From contig CM082576.2 of the NCBI GenBank assembly GCA_040954595.2, positions 20,259,028-20,323,027 of the forward strand: a stretch of 64,000 nucleotides of DNA. The letters are read 5' to 3'. The stretch is from Balanoglossus misakiensis. Lineage: Eukaryota; Animalia; Hemichordata. How positions within the stretch are numbered: the first letter of the stretch is position 1; each line of letters begins with the position of its first letter. This document shows positions 25,980 to 39,211 of this stretch, in pieces. The position numbers and the translations under genes were made by a program. A model generated the notes under the pieces. That model searched no databases, was not told where the DNA came from, and was given only the letters and a program-made list of their open reading frames with translations.

Positions 25980-26596
25980 ATATCAGTGCTCATTTTAAAG
26001 CTAAAAGTGACATTTTCAACACTAAATGCAAGGAAATGTAACTAAATATTTTAATTTTGCAGTCAAAATGCAACACAGTCAGCTCCGAACTGCATTTAAA
26101 ATCCAAACACATGGTGTTATATTCTTGGTAATAAGCAAAGATCTGTATCCTATCCACAAAGTATATATCATACACACAGTATTATATTAATGCAGTTTAT
26201 GAAATTGCTAGAAACATTGTAATATTTGGATGATATTTAAAGAAAAGTAATTATATTTATATTAACAGTATGTAAAAGTTACGAAGATTTAGCGTTGAAT
26301 GATGATGTGATGTCTGTAAGAGCTGTTCCAATACATGGTGAGTGAATTTCAAATCCTTTGTTCAATCAACCTTTCTACTGTCCTGTGATTCCAAAAGTAA
26401 TTGAAATATCATTACACATGTACCTGAATATAGTGCAGACTGTAAATAGAGCACACTCTGGAAAAGAGTTATGTAATTAATATCTCTATCATGTGAGTGA
26501 CATCATTTTAAGGGCCACTGACCACCCCACCCATGACAATTTGCTAGGGGGTGCCAACATCTCAACAGGGGGTGAATCCTTCCAGGCCATGTCGGG

Positions 26597-26629
<33 letters not shown>

Positions 26630-29364
26630 CATTCATTCATTCATTCAGTCAGTCAGTCAGTTCGTCAGTCAGTCATATTAATTAATTCATTAAGGCATAT
26701 AAACGATATAGCTAGCCTAATGTTATAGGAATGGTCTAACACCCTTGTCATATAAACTTTGGCGAAGCGATCCAAAGCTCAGCTAAGGTAGATGGGGGGG
26801 GGGGCTGAATCACATGCCCCATCATAATGAAAGCTGCTAACCCTCTTAGAATGATACTAGGGCCTATACGTTGATCGCCCTGTCACACTTGGCTATGTGA
26901 TCTTGGATTGGAACTGGAGGGATGTGAAAAGCAAGAGGCTTGTCGACAATAGTGATGTCAGAAAAATATTTGTTCATCTTTTTACAAAATATTTGTTTCC
27001 TCAAATTAAAACTGGTAAAACTAAGCTTGGTTTGTTTTAAATAAATAAATAGTTACTTACTAATATACTCCATGGCGCATTGTCTTTTTACATTGCTATC
27101 CTCTAGTCTTGAACAATTATGTCATTTTCGTGACCATCTCATGGTATTTTTCATTGATATGAAAACATACGCTTGGTTAAAATTCTATAACTGCAGTTAT
27201 GCTCACTGAGATTTTAGTGAATTGCCACTGTAAACTCATTTCCAGACAAATAGAACCTTTTGTCAGAAGTGAGCATTGTGACTAAAAACCCTCTCTTATT
27301 GGCATCTAGTTCAGACGGGAGAAGGTTTCATGCAACTGCCTCGCAACAGAGATTGCTCTCAAATTCGGCAAAATATATATTGCAGGAGGTAAAAATTCTC
27401 AAAACTGTGAACGCGGGCATCTGTTGGCAATGGACAAAATAGTAAATGATTTGGGGATAAATGCCAATGTCAATCGATACAAAATTCCATTCACAGCAAT
27501 GCAAAACACATTATGGGCCCATACCTCACCCCTTTCATGAGTGTAGTGTCAACAGTGTTCAAAAGTGGGGGGGGGGGAAGGCAACAGACTAATTGAATCA
27601 AGTTGGTTGCACTCATACCAGTATATATCAATAGTTGGTGGAAATCAGAAACTGCCGTTGGTGGCGCAAATTGTGTAACCTGCTTCACCTCAGGTTGGAG
27701 ATATTGTCTGAACCTGGAGGTAGGCTGCTAGACCTAGCTTTGTAAACGCAGCTGCACCATTGGGGGTTAGGATATGGGTGGGGGTGGTACAACAGTATAT
27801 CCCAACCTCCAACGGTGCAGCCGCGTTTCCACAGCCATGCTAGACCCTGCTCATTTCAGTGGAAAAACATGTTTTGTTGTGGACTTTCAAGTCGTTCTAA
27901 TGAGATTCACACTGAGAAAATGTAATAAATTCTGTTTGTGGACTTCCAAGACAAAAAAAAAAAAAAAAAAAAAACAGGACAACATTTTTGAAATACCAAT
28001 AAAATTATAAAACTACTAAAAACACTGGCGTTATATTGGCAGACTTCCTGGACCGAGATATGATTCTTGCAGCTGTATTTTGTGTGCGTTGTAGAAGGTT
28101 CCGACTGCTTTCTGATAGACCATACAGTAATGCATTACCATAGTGGGCCAAGAACTGAACCCTGTGGCACTCCAAAACGAACATGTGATGGTTGACTGGT
28201 GGTGATCTTGTGGTGACGTATGTCATCAATTTTCTGAATAAAATACTGGTTGAACCGATCTAAATGTTCCGTAGTTGACGTATGATTTGGAAGCTGTCTT
28301 GAGTTGCTGAACAATGTTGAAATTGTCCGGAATAAAGATTTCTGATTTTTGGAATTTTCCTCTATGAGATTGGTGTAGTAGTTGCACTGGTCACTTGGTA
28401 GGCTACAAGTGGTAGAGTCGTGTGTGCGCGCGACTTACACTATAAATTTGCGGAACAGACGGAACGGAATATGTATATGTAGCAGTTTATTGGCATGAAT
28501 AGTGTAGGCCTACATGATTTTTAAAACATGTCCCAGCACAGCGATTTATTCAGAGAAAGTGGAGAAATATTTATATGATAGAAACTGAATAAGTTTGTTG
28601 TATGTCAGCTCTTCTGTCTTTCTCTTACCGATATGATTCTAACCGGAACACTCAAGCTTAGTAAGGGTAAGAGAAAGGCAGAAGAAGAAAAATGGCTGAC
28701 CGACAACTTTTTGTATCAAATCCCTGAATAAATCACTGGGCCCAGGAAAACCACAGCGAGTTTAGAACACTAACATTGAGATCTAACATAATCGACCCAT
28801 GCTGATGTTTCAAGTGGGCGATCCCCGGCAATTCCCGGCAATTTCACGATCCCCCCCCCCACAAAAATCGTGCATTCCAAGGGAATATTACGTCAGTAGA
28901 TTAATTTTTCTGACTACTTTATTAAAGCTGTTTCGCCGTTTCACTGTTTCGCAAAATATCACTAGCCGCGCCCTGTGATAAGAGTCTAAGTTTCGTGAAA
29001 GACCTCCGCAGTCCACCTTTTTTATCTTAAAAAAGTTTCCATCTTTTTTCTTCACCGGGTCCGGAAATTTTCAGGTCGACACGAACTCTTGGATTTAGTT
29101 TATCAGTTTATTTGGAAGCGAGTCGAAAAAGATTACGCTGTCCAAAACCGTTAAACCCGTGGTACTCGAAACTGTGAATAAACAAAGTGTTAGTATAACT
29201 GATACTTTTTACGTAGCGTTGGGGCGGTATTTCCTTGCCGTGCGTCATATTATGGCGGTCGGTTTGAAGTGAACTTCCATCGCTTGTAGCTTATAGCGTA
29301 CATCATGAACAATTTAGGCATAAATAATTGGGCCTCATAAAATAAACACATTTCGTTTTCATAT
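25980..29364 (+). repeat. Giant inverted repeat 1, left arm (~3.4 kb)
   Basis: Reverse complement of 29764-33135. Mirrored ORF translations are near-identical (e.g. 25990-/32940+, 27260+/31683-, 28005-/30899+). Confidence 0.97.
28020..28330 (-). mobile_element. Heavily deleted L2/CR1-group LINE RT fragment
   Basis: Pieces FNQYFIQKIDDIR, RFGVPQGSVLGPL and YGNALLYGL..LQRTQNTAARII...ITPV in shifting frames. Confidence 0.8.
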
Positions 29365-29478
29365 TTCCCTCGGCCTGCGGCCTCGGGAAATAGCATGTGA
29401 TTCTGGTAACTCACAGCCCATCGGGTGTAATAAACGGCCGCTATGGCCCTCATGACAAGGCAATAGGTGTTCATTATA
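29362..29478 (-). mobile_element. Crypton-like non-autonomous repeat end with GC hairpin
   Basis: Hairpin tatttccctcggcctgcggcctcgggaaata, then tgattctggtaactcacag...gctatggccc...ataggtgtt..tataa. Homologous to 35271-35357. Classification is by resemblance only. Confidence 0.45.
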
Positions 29479-29763
29479 ACACTGTCCACTTTTTATCACC
29501 CGTGGGAAGGTTAGGCCTACATCAGCCACGTTGAGCAAGTCGGATATCCAAAGACCAGACAAGCCGCATATAACAACAGCATTGCTTTACTTTTTTCAAG
29601 CTAGGCCACCACCCTATATGCAGTAAAACAGGCATAGGCAGTAACATTCTCTATCAATCGATTACTCAGATTTTACAGAGGAAAAAACGTTCACAAAAAC
29701 AAATAAAAATCAACTTGAATTTGTATTTCCAACTTCTTGCACCACGCAAACATAGCCCGACCC

Positions 29764-32700
29764 ATATGAAAACGAAATGTGTTTATTTTATGAGGCCCAA
29801 TTATTTATGCGTAAATTGTTCATGATGTACGCTATAAGCTACAAGCGATGGAAGTTCACTTCAAACCGACCGCCATAATATGACGTAGGGCAAGGAAATA
29901 CCGCCCCAACGCTACGTAAAAAGTATCAGTTATACTAGTACTTTGTTTATTCACAGTTTCGAGTACCACGGGTTTAACGGTTTTGGACAGCGTAATCTTT
30001 TCCGACTCGCTTCCAAATAAACTGATAAACTAAATCCAAGAGTTCGTGTCGACCTGAAAATTTCCGGACCCGGTGAAGAAAAAAGATGGAAACTTTTTTA
30101 AGATAAAAAAGGTGGACTGCGGAGGTCTTTCACGAAACTTAGACTCTTATCACAGGGCGCGGCTAGTGATATTTTGCGAAACAGTGAAACGGCGAAACAG
30201 CTTTAATAAAGTAGTCAGAAAAATTAATCTACTGACGTAATATTCCCTTGGAATGCACGATTTTTGTGGGGGGGGGGATCGTGAAATTGCCGGGAATTGC
30301 CGGGGATCGCCCACTTGAAACATCAGCATGGGTCGATTATGTTAGATCTCAATGTTAGTGTTCTAAACTCGCTGTGGTTTTCCTGGGCCCAGTGATTTAT
30401 TCAGGGATTTGATACAAAAAGTTGTCGGTCAGCCATTTTTCTTCTTCTGCCTTTCTCTTACCCTTACTAAGCTTGAGTGTTCCGGTTAGAATCATATCGG
30501 TAAGAGAAAGACAGAAGAGCTGACATACAACAAACTTATTCAGTTTCTATCATATAAATATTTCTCCACTTTCTCTGAATAAATCGCTGTGCTGGGACAT
30601 GTTTTAAAAATCATGTAGGCCTACACTATTCATGCCAATAAACTGCTACATATACATATTCCGTTCCGTCTGTTCCGCAAATTTATAGTGTAAGTCGCGC
30701 GCACACACGACTCTACCACTTGTAGCCTACCAAGTGACCAGTGCAACTACTACACCAATCTCATAGAGGAAAATTCCAAAAATCAGAAATCTTTATTCCG
30801 GACAATTTCAACATTGTTCAGCAACTCAAGACAGCTTCCAAATCATACGTCAACTACGGAACATTTAGATCGGTTCAACCAGTATTTTATTCAGAAAATT
30901 GATGACATACGTCACCACAAGATCACCACCAGTCAACCATCACATGTTCGTTTTGGAGTGCCACAGGGTTCAGTTCTTGGCCCACTATGGTAATGCATTA
31001 CTGTATGGTCTACCAGAAAGCAGTCGGAACCTTCTACAACGCACACAAAATACAGCTGCAAGAATCATATCTCGGTCCAGGAAGTCTGCCAATATAACGC
31101 CAGTGTTTTTAGTAGTTTTATAATTTTATTGGTATTTCAAAAATGTTGTCCTGTTTTTGTTTTTTTTTGTCTTGGAAGTCCACAAACAGAATTTATTACA
31201 TTTTCTCAGTGTGAATCTCATTAGAACGACTTGAAAGTCCACAACAAAACATGTTTTTCCACTGAAATGAGCAGGGTCTAGCATGGCTGTGGAAACGCGG
31301 CTGCACCGTTGGAGGTTGGGATATACTGTTGTACCACCCCCACCCATATCCTAACCCCCAATGGTGCAGCTGCGTTTACAAAGCTAGGTCTAGCAGCCTA
31401 CCTCCAGGTTCAGACAATATCTCCAACCTGAGGTGAAGCAGGTTACACAATTTGCGCCACCAACGGCAGTTTCTGATTTCCACCAACTATTGATATATAC
31501 TGGTATGAGTGCAACCAACTTGATTCAATTAGTCTGTTGCCGCCCCCCCCCCCCCGCCACTTTTGAACACTGTTGACACTACACTCATGAAAGGGGTGAG
31601 GTATGGGCCCATAATGTGTTTTACATTGCTGTGAATGGAATTTTGTATCGATTGACATTGACATTTATCCCCAAATCATTTACTATTTTGTCCATTGCCA
31701 ACAGATGCCTGCGTTCACAGTTTTGAGAATTTTTACCTCCTGCAATATATATTTTGCCGAATTTGAGAGCAATCTCTGTTGCGAGGCAGTTGCATGAAAC
31801 CTTCTCCCGTCTGAACTAGATGCCAATAAGAGAGGGTTTTTAGTCACAATGCTCACTTCTGACAAAAGGTTCTATTTGTCTGGAAATGAGTTTACAGTGG
31901 CAATTCACTAAAATCTCAGTGAGCATAACTGCAGTTATAGAATTTTAACCAAGCGTATGTTTTCATATCAATGAAAAATACCATGAGATGGTCACGAAAA
32001 TGACATAATTGTTCAAGACTAGAGGATAGCAATGTAAAAAGACAATGCGCCATGGAGTATATTAGTAATTAACTATTTATTTATTTAAAACAAACCAAGC
32101 TTAGTTTTACCAGTTTTAATTTGAGGAAACAAATATTTTGTAAAAAGATGAACAAATATTTTTCTGACATCACTATTGTCGACAAGCCTCTTGCTTTTCA
32201 CATCCCTCCAGTTCCAATCCAAGATCACATAGCCAAGTGTGACAGGGCGATCAACGTATAGGCCTTAGTATCATTCTAAGAGGGTTAGCAGCTTTCATTA
32301 TGATGGGGCATGTGATTCAGGCCCCCCCCCCCCCCCCATCTACCTTAGCTGAGCTTTGGATCGCTTCGCCAAAGTTTATATGACAAGGGTGTTAGACCAT
32401 TCCTATAACATTAGGCTAGCTATATCGTTTATATGCCTTAATGAATTAATTAATATGACTGACTGACGAACTGACTGACTGACTGAATGAATGAATCAAT
32501 CAATCAATCAATCAATCACCCGACATGGCCTGGAAGGATTCACCCCCTGTTGAGATGTTGGCACCCCCTAGCAAATTGTCATGGGTGGGGTGGTCAGTGG
32601 CCCTTAAAATGATGTCACTCACATGATAGAGATATTAATTACATAACTCTTTTCCAGAGTGTGCTCTATTTACAGTCTGCACTATATTCAGGTACATGTG

Positions 32701-33135
32701 TAATGATATTTCAATTACTTTTGGAATCACAGGACAGTAGAAAGGTTGATTGAACACAGGATTTGAAATTCACTCACCATGTATTGGAACAGCTCTTACA
32801 GCAATCACATCATCATTCAACGCTAAATCTTCGTAACTTTTACATACTGTTAATATAAATATAATTACTTTTCTTTAAATATCATCCAAATATTACAATG
32901 TTTCTAGCAATTTCATAAACTGCATTAATATAATACTGTGTGTATGATATATACTTTGTGGATAGGATACAGATCTTTGCTTATTACCAAGAATATAACA
33001 CCATGTGTTTGGATTTAAAATGCAGTTCGGAGCTGACTGTGTTGCATTTTGACTGCAAAATTAAAATATTTAGTTACATTTCCTTGCATTTAGTGTTGAA
33101 AATGTCACTTTTAGCTTTAAAATGAGCACTGATAT
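29764..33135 (-). repeat. Giant inverted repeat 1, right arm
   Basis: Reverse complement of 25980-29364, separated by a 399-bp spacer. Confidence 0.97.
30800..31110 (+). mobile_element. Mirror copy of the L2/CR1-group LINE fragment
   Basis: ggagtgccacagggttcagttcttggccca (GVPQGSVLGP) and ORF 30899-31123. Confidence 0.8.
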
Positions 33136-35270
33136 TGGTGTATGTTCGACATACCACATAATTAACCATGAAACCTAGTCTACATAGTTCCTTGATTTCC
33201 AAGTAGTGCATTGTCTGCCTGATCTTGTTAGGCTGCATTCACAAACGCCTCTGGAGGGGGGGGGGGGACGGGAGAATTCAATTTTTTTTACCGCTAATTT
33301 TCACATGCCCCCCGTACACAACCCGAAATATTTTCAAATCCCCCCTTCCGAACTGCCAAAATTTTGAAATCCCCCCCCCACCCATTTTCTTTCACAGAGC
33401 AAAACACATCACCTATCTATCTTGTAAAAAAAGAAAAAACAGCGCTCCCATGAAAAGAATTTGAAACTGATGAACCCCCTCACTGAACATTGTTTTTATT
33501 TTTAAGTATTTGTATTCTGTGTTGGGAGACATTGTAAACCGAGAATTGAAGGGAGTGGGACTGAAAGGGGGGGACTTGAAAACATTTTGAAAAAAATTTC
33601 TTACGTGGGAGGGGGATACCCCCTCCCACGTAAGAAAATTTTATAAAATACAGAGCTCAAAACTGCATTTTAATGAACCCGGCAAAAGCAAATTAACTCA
33701 ACTACCGTATGTTGGGGAGGAGAAATTTAACCGTCGCCGCTCAAAGTTATCATGGGGTGGGGCAAATCCCCTGACCTGGGACACTAGATAAACCAGTCAA
33801 TGATTGAAAGGTGCTGATGAATGGAGGGGGTGGGTAAAATAAAGGGCGCGAAACTGCATTTTTATGGACTCAAAATAAATATTTTGTCGTCAATGTTTTC
33901 AAGTCCCCCCCTTTCAGTCCCTAAATTATTTCAAATCCCCCCTTACATACCCTCAATTTTTTCAAATCCCCCCCTCAATTCTCCTGCCCCCCTCCAGAGG
34001 TGTTTGTGAATGCAGCCTTACGTGAAAGACTTCATTTTCAATGTCGCCGCTATCACTTTCTGAGTCACTTTCCTCTGAATCACCTAGTTCACCTATCACT
34101 TCATGCTCATCTTCTGGTTCACTGTCCTCATCCAAGTCATCCTCTTCATCCTCCTGCTCATCCTCCTCTTTGTCCCTCTCATGGTTTACTCTGAGACTTT
34201 CCAGAGTTGTTTGACACAGTTTCCGGCCAATGTGCGCTTCAACTATTTTCAGTTTGTCTTTTTTTCAGCATCTTTTTCTCTGTTGTCAATTTATGTCTGT
34301 TCATGTACATGTCTAGGTCAGAAACTTTCAGCTCACATAGTTCACTGTTTCTGTATATTGCCATGATACAGCCTGAAAATGTTATTTTTGTGATCAAAAG
34401 TGTACTTGTTGTCACCTGATCACACAGAGTAAAGACATGTTCGTATTCTATTTTATATACTTTACGGTCAATTCTGTTGTTTTTTGCTATAATTCCATAC
34501 AAATCTGTTGTAAAAATTGTCCCCCCCAAACCATTGATTATAAAATTTGTCCCCCCCCTAAAAACTGCTTTGTAAAAGTAAACCCCCCCCCTGATTTCCA
34601 CCGCCCCCCCCCCCTCCCTGTAAAAAACGAATGCTCCCTTACCAATCAGAAACAGCCTTCCAAGACTGCGTAGCGCTCTTGTAAAGTTATTTTTGATTGT
34701 TCAAATTCTTTACCATGTCACTGCTGGCATACAACAATCCATATGACCCAGCAACTTTGTATAGATGCACTGACATCAATGATATGCCTTCCAAAGCGCC
34801 ACACATAGTGTAATTACAAATGTTTCATGCTTCTGACACGCTCTACCTTTTACCAGGTTCATACACGAAAAAAATTGAGACGCTATTTGCCTATGGTAAA
34901 CACAGAGCATTAATCGTTTGAGTCGCCTTGTGTTCACACACACAAAGTTTATGTATAGGCGCTGAGGCTCAGTCCCAAAGACAATGGATTGCAGAGAGGT
35001 TTTCATCCTTACACCGGATCAGGTCTGACGGGCAAAGCCGTCTCAAATCTAAGCCGTTCCAGAACCACTATACACCGTCCACACATGTTTTTTTTAAGAC
35101 AGTATGTGATCTGAGACGTTTCAGAACCGTCTTAATGGTGTGTGTGACCCCCATATTAGACAACTTAGACAAAATCATCCGATAATAAATATTAGCTCAG
35201 TCTATGTCCTGGCGCATTTCATCACGACAATAAAATACATAACAAAAGCCCTCACTACGCACCCACTCGA
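33131..35270 (+). repeat. Giant inverted repeat 2, left arm (~2.1 kb)
   Basis: Reverse complement of 37077-39211. Overlaps the IR1 right arm by GATAT. Confidence 0.96.
33231..34017. mobile_element. Harbinger-like MITE (GGCTGCATTCACAAAC TIR, TTA TSD)
   Basis: tta-ggctgcattcacaaacgcctctggagggggg...cccctccagaggtgtttgtgaatgcagcc-tta. Confidence 0.88.
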
Positions 35271-35357
35271 TATATGATTCTGGTAACTCACAGTTACGAG
35301 GGGGTAAAAACGGCTGCTATGGCCCGAATATAGGCCAGGCTATAGGTGTTTTATAAT
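35271..35357 (-). mobile_element. Second Crypton-like repeat end
   Basis: tgattctggtaactcacag...aaacggctgctatggccc...ataggtgttttataat, homologous to 29398-29478. Confidence 0.45.
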
Positions 35358-36505
35358 AAACCTCATGCTAACAGCTGGGAAAATCTTGCGATTTTCTCTT
35401 GAGGTTGGCAGACGACATCTTCCGCGGTGGCCATTGTGTCAGACGACGCGACGCTGATTGACGTAACCGAGTCTGCGCACTCACGCTGGTCACGTGACCG
35501 GTTTATATTTTTTCTGCTATTTCCCTAGCGGTTCATAGTCGATTCTATTTTCCTATCACGAGACCGATTCTGGCGAATCGCAACACAGTATTAGCATGAG
35601 GTATATTATAGTGTCATACACGAGAACGTGCGCTTTTCTTCCTCTCTGGGGCTTGGGTCTGAAGGAAGTTAAAATCCGAACACTCCATAGGGCCCTACGT
35701 TTCAAACAATTTACTCGGTCCAATCAGTTGACAAAATGTATCAATGTCGAAAGGGAAATACTATTCTCAAAATACATTTTCCTAACGTGTTTCACCAAAG
35801 GGCGAAACAGTGAATGTTTATCTAAAAACGGGAACGATGGCGGATTTTGTTTCTTTGTGACGAGAGTGATGGTACACTTCAATGATTTGTTTTATCTGGC
35901 CGATTATCAGGAGACACGTCACCACAAGAGGGCGCACTAAGAAGTCTATTCGGGAAAGCTGTGAAATAATGAACCTCCCCGCCCCCACCCAAAAAAATGT
36001 CCGTTCAATTGAATACAACGCAATAAATACGAAACCCATCACCTTTTTGTTTTAAAGCAGTGGTGTGTTTACGCATGTACGTACATTCAATGACAATGGA
36101 GTTTGCAAGGAAAAAATGACAAAATAAGTCAAGTGTATTTATTTCTATATTTCTAGAAATTCATGAAAAACATGTTGGTGATATTTACATAATAATAATC
36201 TTAGTCAAAGGCACGCAAGCACTGAACAATACGCTGTCTGCTCCATTAGCTCCAACTTTTCACTATGTTTTCAGTAATATTGCTCTGTGTATCTGCTGCG
36301 GTTTCTAGTATAAACTCCAGAAACATGACAAAATATCCAGAGTTTAGCTTATCAACACTTCATGTATGTGCATATTCAGTATTATTATTGTGTAAAATTT
36401 AAATTCATGTCCGAACTAGAATTCATTTGTCAACAGTGATAACAATGGCCGTTACACATACACAGGCAATGTTAATGATTGGAGTATTTGGTACTACATG
36501 TATAT

Positions 36506-36932
36506 TAGTCTCGGTTACCCAGAGCCCTCTGCTTCTTCCGTTAGGCACTCCAGAAAGAGGGTCTGGGGAAACCCGGTAGACAAACCGTCAGGCGGAATCG
36601 GGACAGCTGCGATGCATGACGGGAGATTAATATTCGATACGATATTATGATATGTCGATATTAGAAAACTATTTACCGAACTTCTCTCTCTCTTTTCAAT
36701 TTGTATACAGTTTTAGCAGGTCTAGCACTTCTCAGCATGTTTTCTTTATCGTATGTCATACATGTCGGCCGTGAGGTTCGCGCGCAGGACGTCGCCATTT
36801 TGGAATATTAATCTCCCGTCATGCATCGCAGCTGTCCCGATTCCGCCTGACGGTTTGTCTACCGGGTTTCCCCAGACCCTCTTTCTGGAGTGCCTAACGG
36901 AAGAAGCAGAGGGCTCTGGGTAACCGAGACTA
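36506..36932. mobile_element. Academ(H)-like MITE, 130-bp perfect TIRs, 9-bp TSD
   Basis: TAG...CTA termini. TIRs at 36506-36635 and 36803-36932. TSD CATGTATAT at 36497-36505 and 36933-36941. Confidence 0.9.
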
Positions 36933-37076
36933 CATGTATATTAAAGTGATGTTTGGAGTTAAACAAGAAATTGCAATTTTTACACAAAATTAAAATACTG
37001 AAAATAAAGCTAAATGTTACAGATTTTCATCCAGTGGAATTCTCCTGCATGTAAAAGTTGCTTTACCGGCAAAAAG

Positions 37077-39211
37077 TCGAGTGGGTGCGTAGTGAGGGCT
37101 TTTGTTATGTATTTTATTGTCGTGATGAAATGCGCCAGGACATAGACTGAGCTAATATTTATTATCGGATGATTTTGTCTAATATTTATTTTCGGATAAT
37201 ATTGTCTAAGTTGTCTAATATGGGGGTCACACACACCATTGAGACGGTTCTGAAACGTCTCAGATCACATACTGTCTTAAAAAAAACATGTGTGGACGGT
37301 GTATAGTGGTTCTGGAACGGCTTAGATTTGAGACGGCTTTGCCCGTCAGACCTGATCCGGTGTAAGGATTAAAACCTCTCTGCAATCCATTGTCTTTGGG
37401 ACTGAGCCTCAGCGCCTATACATAAACTTTGTGTGTGTGAACACAAGGCGACTCAAACGATTAATGCTCTGTGTTTACCATAGGCAAATAGCGTCTCAAT
37501 TTTTTTCGTGTATGAACCTGGTAAATGGTAGAGCGTGTCAGAAGCATGAAACATGTGTAATTACACTATGTGTGGCGCTTTGGAAGGCATATCACTGATG
37601 TCAGTGCATCTATACAAAGTTGCTGGGTCATATGGATTGTTGTATGCCAGCAGTGACATGGTAAAGAATTTGAACAATCAAAAATAACTTTACAAGAGCG
37701 CTACGCAGTCTTGGAAGGCTGTTTCTGATTGGTAAGGGAGCATTCGTTTTTTACAGGGAGGGGGGGGGCGGTGGAAATCAGGGGGGGGTTTACTTTTACA
37801 AAGCAGTTTTTAGGGGGGGGGGACAAATTTTATAATCAATGGTTTGGGGGGGACAATTTTTACAACAGATTTGTATGGAATTATAGCAAAAAACAACAGA
37901 ATTGACCGTAAAGTATATAAAATAGAATACGAACATGTCTTTATTCTGTGTGATCAGGTGACAACAAGTACACTTGTGAACACAAAAATAACATTTTCAG
38001 GCTGTATCATGGCAATATACAGAAACAGTGAACTATGTGAGCTGAAAGTTTCTGACCTAGACATGTACATGAACAGACATAAATTGACAACAGAGAAAAA
38101 GATGCTGAAAAAAAGACAAACTGAAAATAGTTGAAGCGCACATTGGCCGGAAACTGTGTCAAACAACTCTGGAAAGTCTCAGAGTAAACCATGAGAGGGA
38201 CAAAGACGAGGATGAGCAGGAGGATGAAGAGGATGACTTGGATGAGGACAGTGAACCAGAAGATGAGCATGAAGTGATAGGTGAACTAGGTGATTCAGAG
38301 GAAAGTGACTCAGAAAGTGATAGCGGCGACATTGAAAATGAACTCTTTCACGTAAGGCTGCATTCACAAACACCTCTGGAGGGGGGGCAGGAGAATTGAG
38401 GGGGGGATTTGAAAAAATTGAGGGTATGTAAGGGGGGATTTGAAATAATTTAGGGACTGAAAGGGGGGGACTTGAAAACATTGACGACAAAATATTTATT
38501 TTGAGTCCATAAAAATGCAGTTTCGCGCCCTTTATTTTACCCACCCCCTCCATTCATCAGCACCTTTCAATCATTGACTGGTTTATCTAGTGTCCCAGGT
38601 CAGGGGATTTGCCCCACCCCATGATAACTTTGAGCGGCGACGGTTAAATTTCTCCTCCCCAACATACCGGTAGTTGAGTTAATTTGCTTTTGCCGGGTTC
38701 ATTAAAATGCAGCTTTGAGCTCTGTATTTTATAAAATTGTCTTACGTGGGAGGGGGATACCCCCTCCCAATTATCCCCCTCCCAATCCCACTCCCTTCAA
38801 TTCTCGGTTTACAATGTCTCCCAACACAGAATACAAATACTTAAAAATAAAAACAATGTTCAGTGAGGGGGTACATCAGTTTCAAATTCTTTTCATGGGA
38901 GCGCTGTTTTTTTCTTTTTTTACAAGATAGATAGGTGATGTGTTTTGCTCTGTGAAAGAAAATGGGTGGGGGGGGATTTCAAAATTTTGGCAGTTCGGAA
39001 TGGGGGATTTGAAAATATTTCGGGTTGTGTACGGGGGGCATGTGAAAATTAGCGGTAAAAAAAATTGAATTCTCCCGTCCCCCCCCTCCAGAGGCGTTTG
39101 TGAATGCAGCCTAACAAGATCAGGCAGACAATGCACTACTTGGAAATCAAGGAACTATGTAGACTAGGTTTCATGGTTGATTATGTGGTATGTCGAACAT
39201 ACACCAATATC
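37077..39211 (-). repeat. Giant inverted repeat 2, right arm
   Basis: Reverse complement of 33131-35270, separated by a 1806-bp spacer. Confidence 0.96.

Noticed and set aside
34103-34366. Membrane-protein-like ORF MLIFWFTVLIQVILFILLL (and mirror 38007-38270)
   Set aside because: Antisense reading of the acidic GAG/GAT-rich tract inside a transposon.
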